From positions 1-64,000 of IMG/VR virus record IMGVR_UViG_3300031566_000016: a DNA stretch of 64,000 nucleotides; one strand, given 5' to 3'. Both the position numbers and the translations under genes were made by a program. Below the pieces are notes generated by a model that was not told the DNA's origin, made no database searches, and worked only from the letters and a program-made list of their open reading frames with translations. Shown one piece after another: positions 62,312-64,000 of the stretch (position 1 is the stretch's first letter; each line of letters begins with the position of its first letter). Origin of the DNA: a virus.

Positions 62312-62755
62312 CTACGGCATGGCCTTCCACACCGTCACGATCAGGCACTCCTCCAGCCCGAACTCCTTGCGCTGCGTGTTCTCCACAATAAGCCGATCGT
62401 CCACCCACAAGACGCCATTTCCAGCATCGCCACAAATCTTGCCAAAATTGTCACAATCAGGCGTTGCCGTGTCGAAGCGCAGATCGGGCACCGTCGCCGA
62501 TGGCTTCTTTGGCACCGGGCGTCGGCGCGTGATGAGCACCCGCAGAGGGAAGTCGAATGGCGCTGTATGGCCGGCCTTCCTCATGGCTTGCCGCATGAAC
62601 GGAACCGCCCCCTCCTTCCAAGCCTTCTGCCGTGGCTCATCCGTGCGGGGGCCTTGCATCGTCTTCCCCGTCTCGCGGTCCTGGTACGGCCGCTGGCGCT
62701 TGCGCTCCGGCACCGCCCGGAAAGGGATCACAACCTCAACCAGCACTGTCGCCAC
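62312..62755 (-). CDS. rusA: RusA-family Holliday junction resolvase
   Basis: PDCDNFGKICGDAGNGVLWVDDRLIV. Confidence 0.82.
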   Translation of the reverse strand: MATVLVEVVIPFRAVPERKRQRPYQDRETGKTMQGPRTDEPRQKAWKEGAVPFMRQAMRKAGHTAPFDFPLRVLITRRRPVPKKPSATVPDLRFDTATPDCDNFGKICGDAGNGVLWVDDRLIVENTQRKEFGLEECLIVTVWKAMP

Positions 62756-62786
62756 AATGGGCCTCCTTCTTCTTCCGCGGTGTGGT

Positions 62787-63476
62787 TCATGTCGCGCTCC
62801 CTTTCGTCTTCTCCCTGGCCACCCGCTCCGGCAGCTCCGCCACGGTGACGCCGATGGCCTGGGCACGGATGGCGTCGGCGAGGCCCGGCACCGTCTCGAT
62901 GTCGTAGAACTCGTGGCAATTTATGCGCACATGCCCGGCCCGCCAGTCCGCCGCCTCATCCAGCACGGCGAGCCGGGCCTCAGCCAGTTCGGCGCGGGCC
63001 TCCAGGACTCTGTTCTCCGCCAGCAACGTCTCGACCGCGCACTGCTGCTCGTCCAGCGATGGGCAGCCGGGGCAGTTTGCCCACGCCGCCGGGACCTTGC
63101 CGGATGACATGAACGCGATGCTGGCGGCGAGTTCGTCGCGCTCCTTCTGTAGCCGCGCCACCGTGAGGCCGGACGCCCGGTTGCAGACCATGTTCAGGGC
63201 GCACTTCTCCTCCTCCGACAGGCTCGGCAGATCGGCGCGGAGGTCGTCAATGATGCGAATGGCCTCGGCGATCTCCGGGTCGGGTTCGGTGGCGGCACAC
63301 TTCTCGGCCGCGGCCAGGCGCTGCTCCAACGCGGCGGCGCGGGCAGAGAGTATCTGCGCTTTCTCGGCGCTGATGATTTCACATTGGTCGCCATCCGGCG
63401 CGAGGATTTGTGATAGTGGTGCGGTCTGTAGATACTCCCTGGCGATTGCAGTCAACTGCTCCATTAGGTCACTCAC
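62787..63476 (-). CDS. hypothetical coiled-coil protein
   Basis: GGAGG RBS; GTG start at 63476. Confidence 0.55.
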   Translation of the reverse strand: MSDLMEQLTAIAREYLQTAPLSQILAPDGDQCEIISAEKAQILSARAAALEQRLAAAEKCAATEPDPEIAEAIRIIDDLRADLPSLSEEEKCALNMVCNRASGLTVARLQKERDELAASIAFMSSGKVPAAWANCPGCPSLDEQQCAVETLLAENRVLEARAELAEARLAVLDEAADWRAGHVRINCHEFYDIETVPGLADAIRAQAIGVTVAELPERVAREKTKGSAT

Positions 63477-63834
63477 GGTCGGCCTCCAATCCGAGGGTGG
63501 TGCGGGCAATGATGTCATCGGCCAGCGCGTCGAGTTCTCGGTTCCCCTTAGTCTGCAGGAAGACCGGAACTTCGTGCAGCACCGCGACAACCCCCGCCGG
63601 GCCATCGTCCTCCCTCGGTTCGCAGTGCAGGATTCCGATGGCCTCGTATCGCAACCCCTGCCGGGCCAGGGCCACCAGCGCCCGCACCACGTCGGGCGAA
63701 GCGGCGTCACGGAAGACGGTGCGCGGGCAGATGTGACAATCGGCGATATCACAACGGGCGCAGACAACCTCCGCCTTCTCCGCCAGCGCGTCGAGTTCGG
63801 CCAGCAGCGCCTCGGTGATCTCGGGGGCGGTCAT
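63469..63834 (-). CDS. Ead/Ea22-like phage protein
   Basis: LAELDALAEKA...AASPDVVRALV. Confidence 0.5.
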   Translation of the reverse strand: MTAPEITEALLAELDALAEKAEVVCARCDIADCHICPRTVFRDAASPDVVRALVALARQGLRYEAIGILHCEPREDDGPAGVVAVLHEVPVFLQTKGNRELDALADDIIARTTLGLEADRE

Positions 63835-64000
63835 GGCGTCACGTCCTTTGGCCACCAGCTCGCCGGCCCCACGAACACCTTCCCCGTCGCCGCGTCGATC
63901 TTCACCACGTCGCCCTGCGCGTCCGCCACGGCCCGCAACTTGAGGAAGTGCGCCCCGTCCACCAGCACCACGTCAGCCGGGTCCAGGTACTGCCCGTGCC

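Noticed and set aside
1-64000. Genome-wide stop-codon reassignment
   Set aside because: Core genes are intact in code 11, and TAG/TGA stops are followed by properly coupled genes.

Overview
The whole 64 kb window looks like part of a high-GC tailed bacteriophage or prophage genome. No host housekeeping genes or att junction are visible. From about 50.8 kb leftward (minus strand) it runs: DNA methyltransferase, SSB and small genes; small and large terminase; a Dam-like methyltransferase; a Mu-type portal, protease and capsid; head-tail genes; a siphovirus-type tail (tube, chaperone with a -1 slippery site, TP901-type tape measure); and distal tail proteins. An internal consensus promoter at 24.36 kb precedes a structured RNA and a ~19 kb block. 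That block holds fibre-like and repeat proteins, a glycan-building and tailoring cluster (GT2/GT4, KpsS-like, three SAM methyltransferases, a B12 radical SAM, an embedded DNA methyltransferase), and small membrane or holin-like genes. A promoter at 4.9 kb drives a ribbon-helix-helix regulator, a YlqD homologue and small genes, interrupted by two arrays of abutting stem-closed RNA domains (0.75-1.2 kb and 3.14-3.54 kb). From 51.5 kb rightward, a strong promoter drives about 25 short genes with reshuffled, repeated leader sequences. They end in a catalytic-domain-only tyrosine recombinase and a bidirectional terminator; a RusA-like gene converges from the right. The best candidates for something new are the tandem RNA-domain arrays, the fibre plus glycosylation/methylation module under its own RNA-leader control, and the repeat-leader mini-gene array. 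All calls come from reading motifs by eye; no database search was run.
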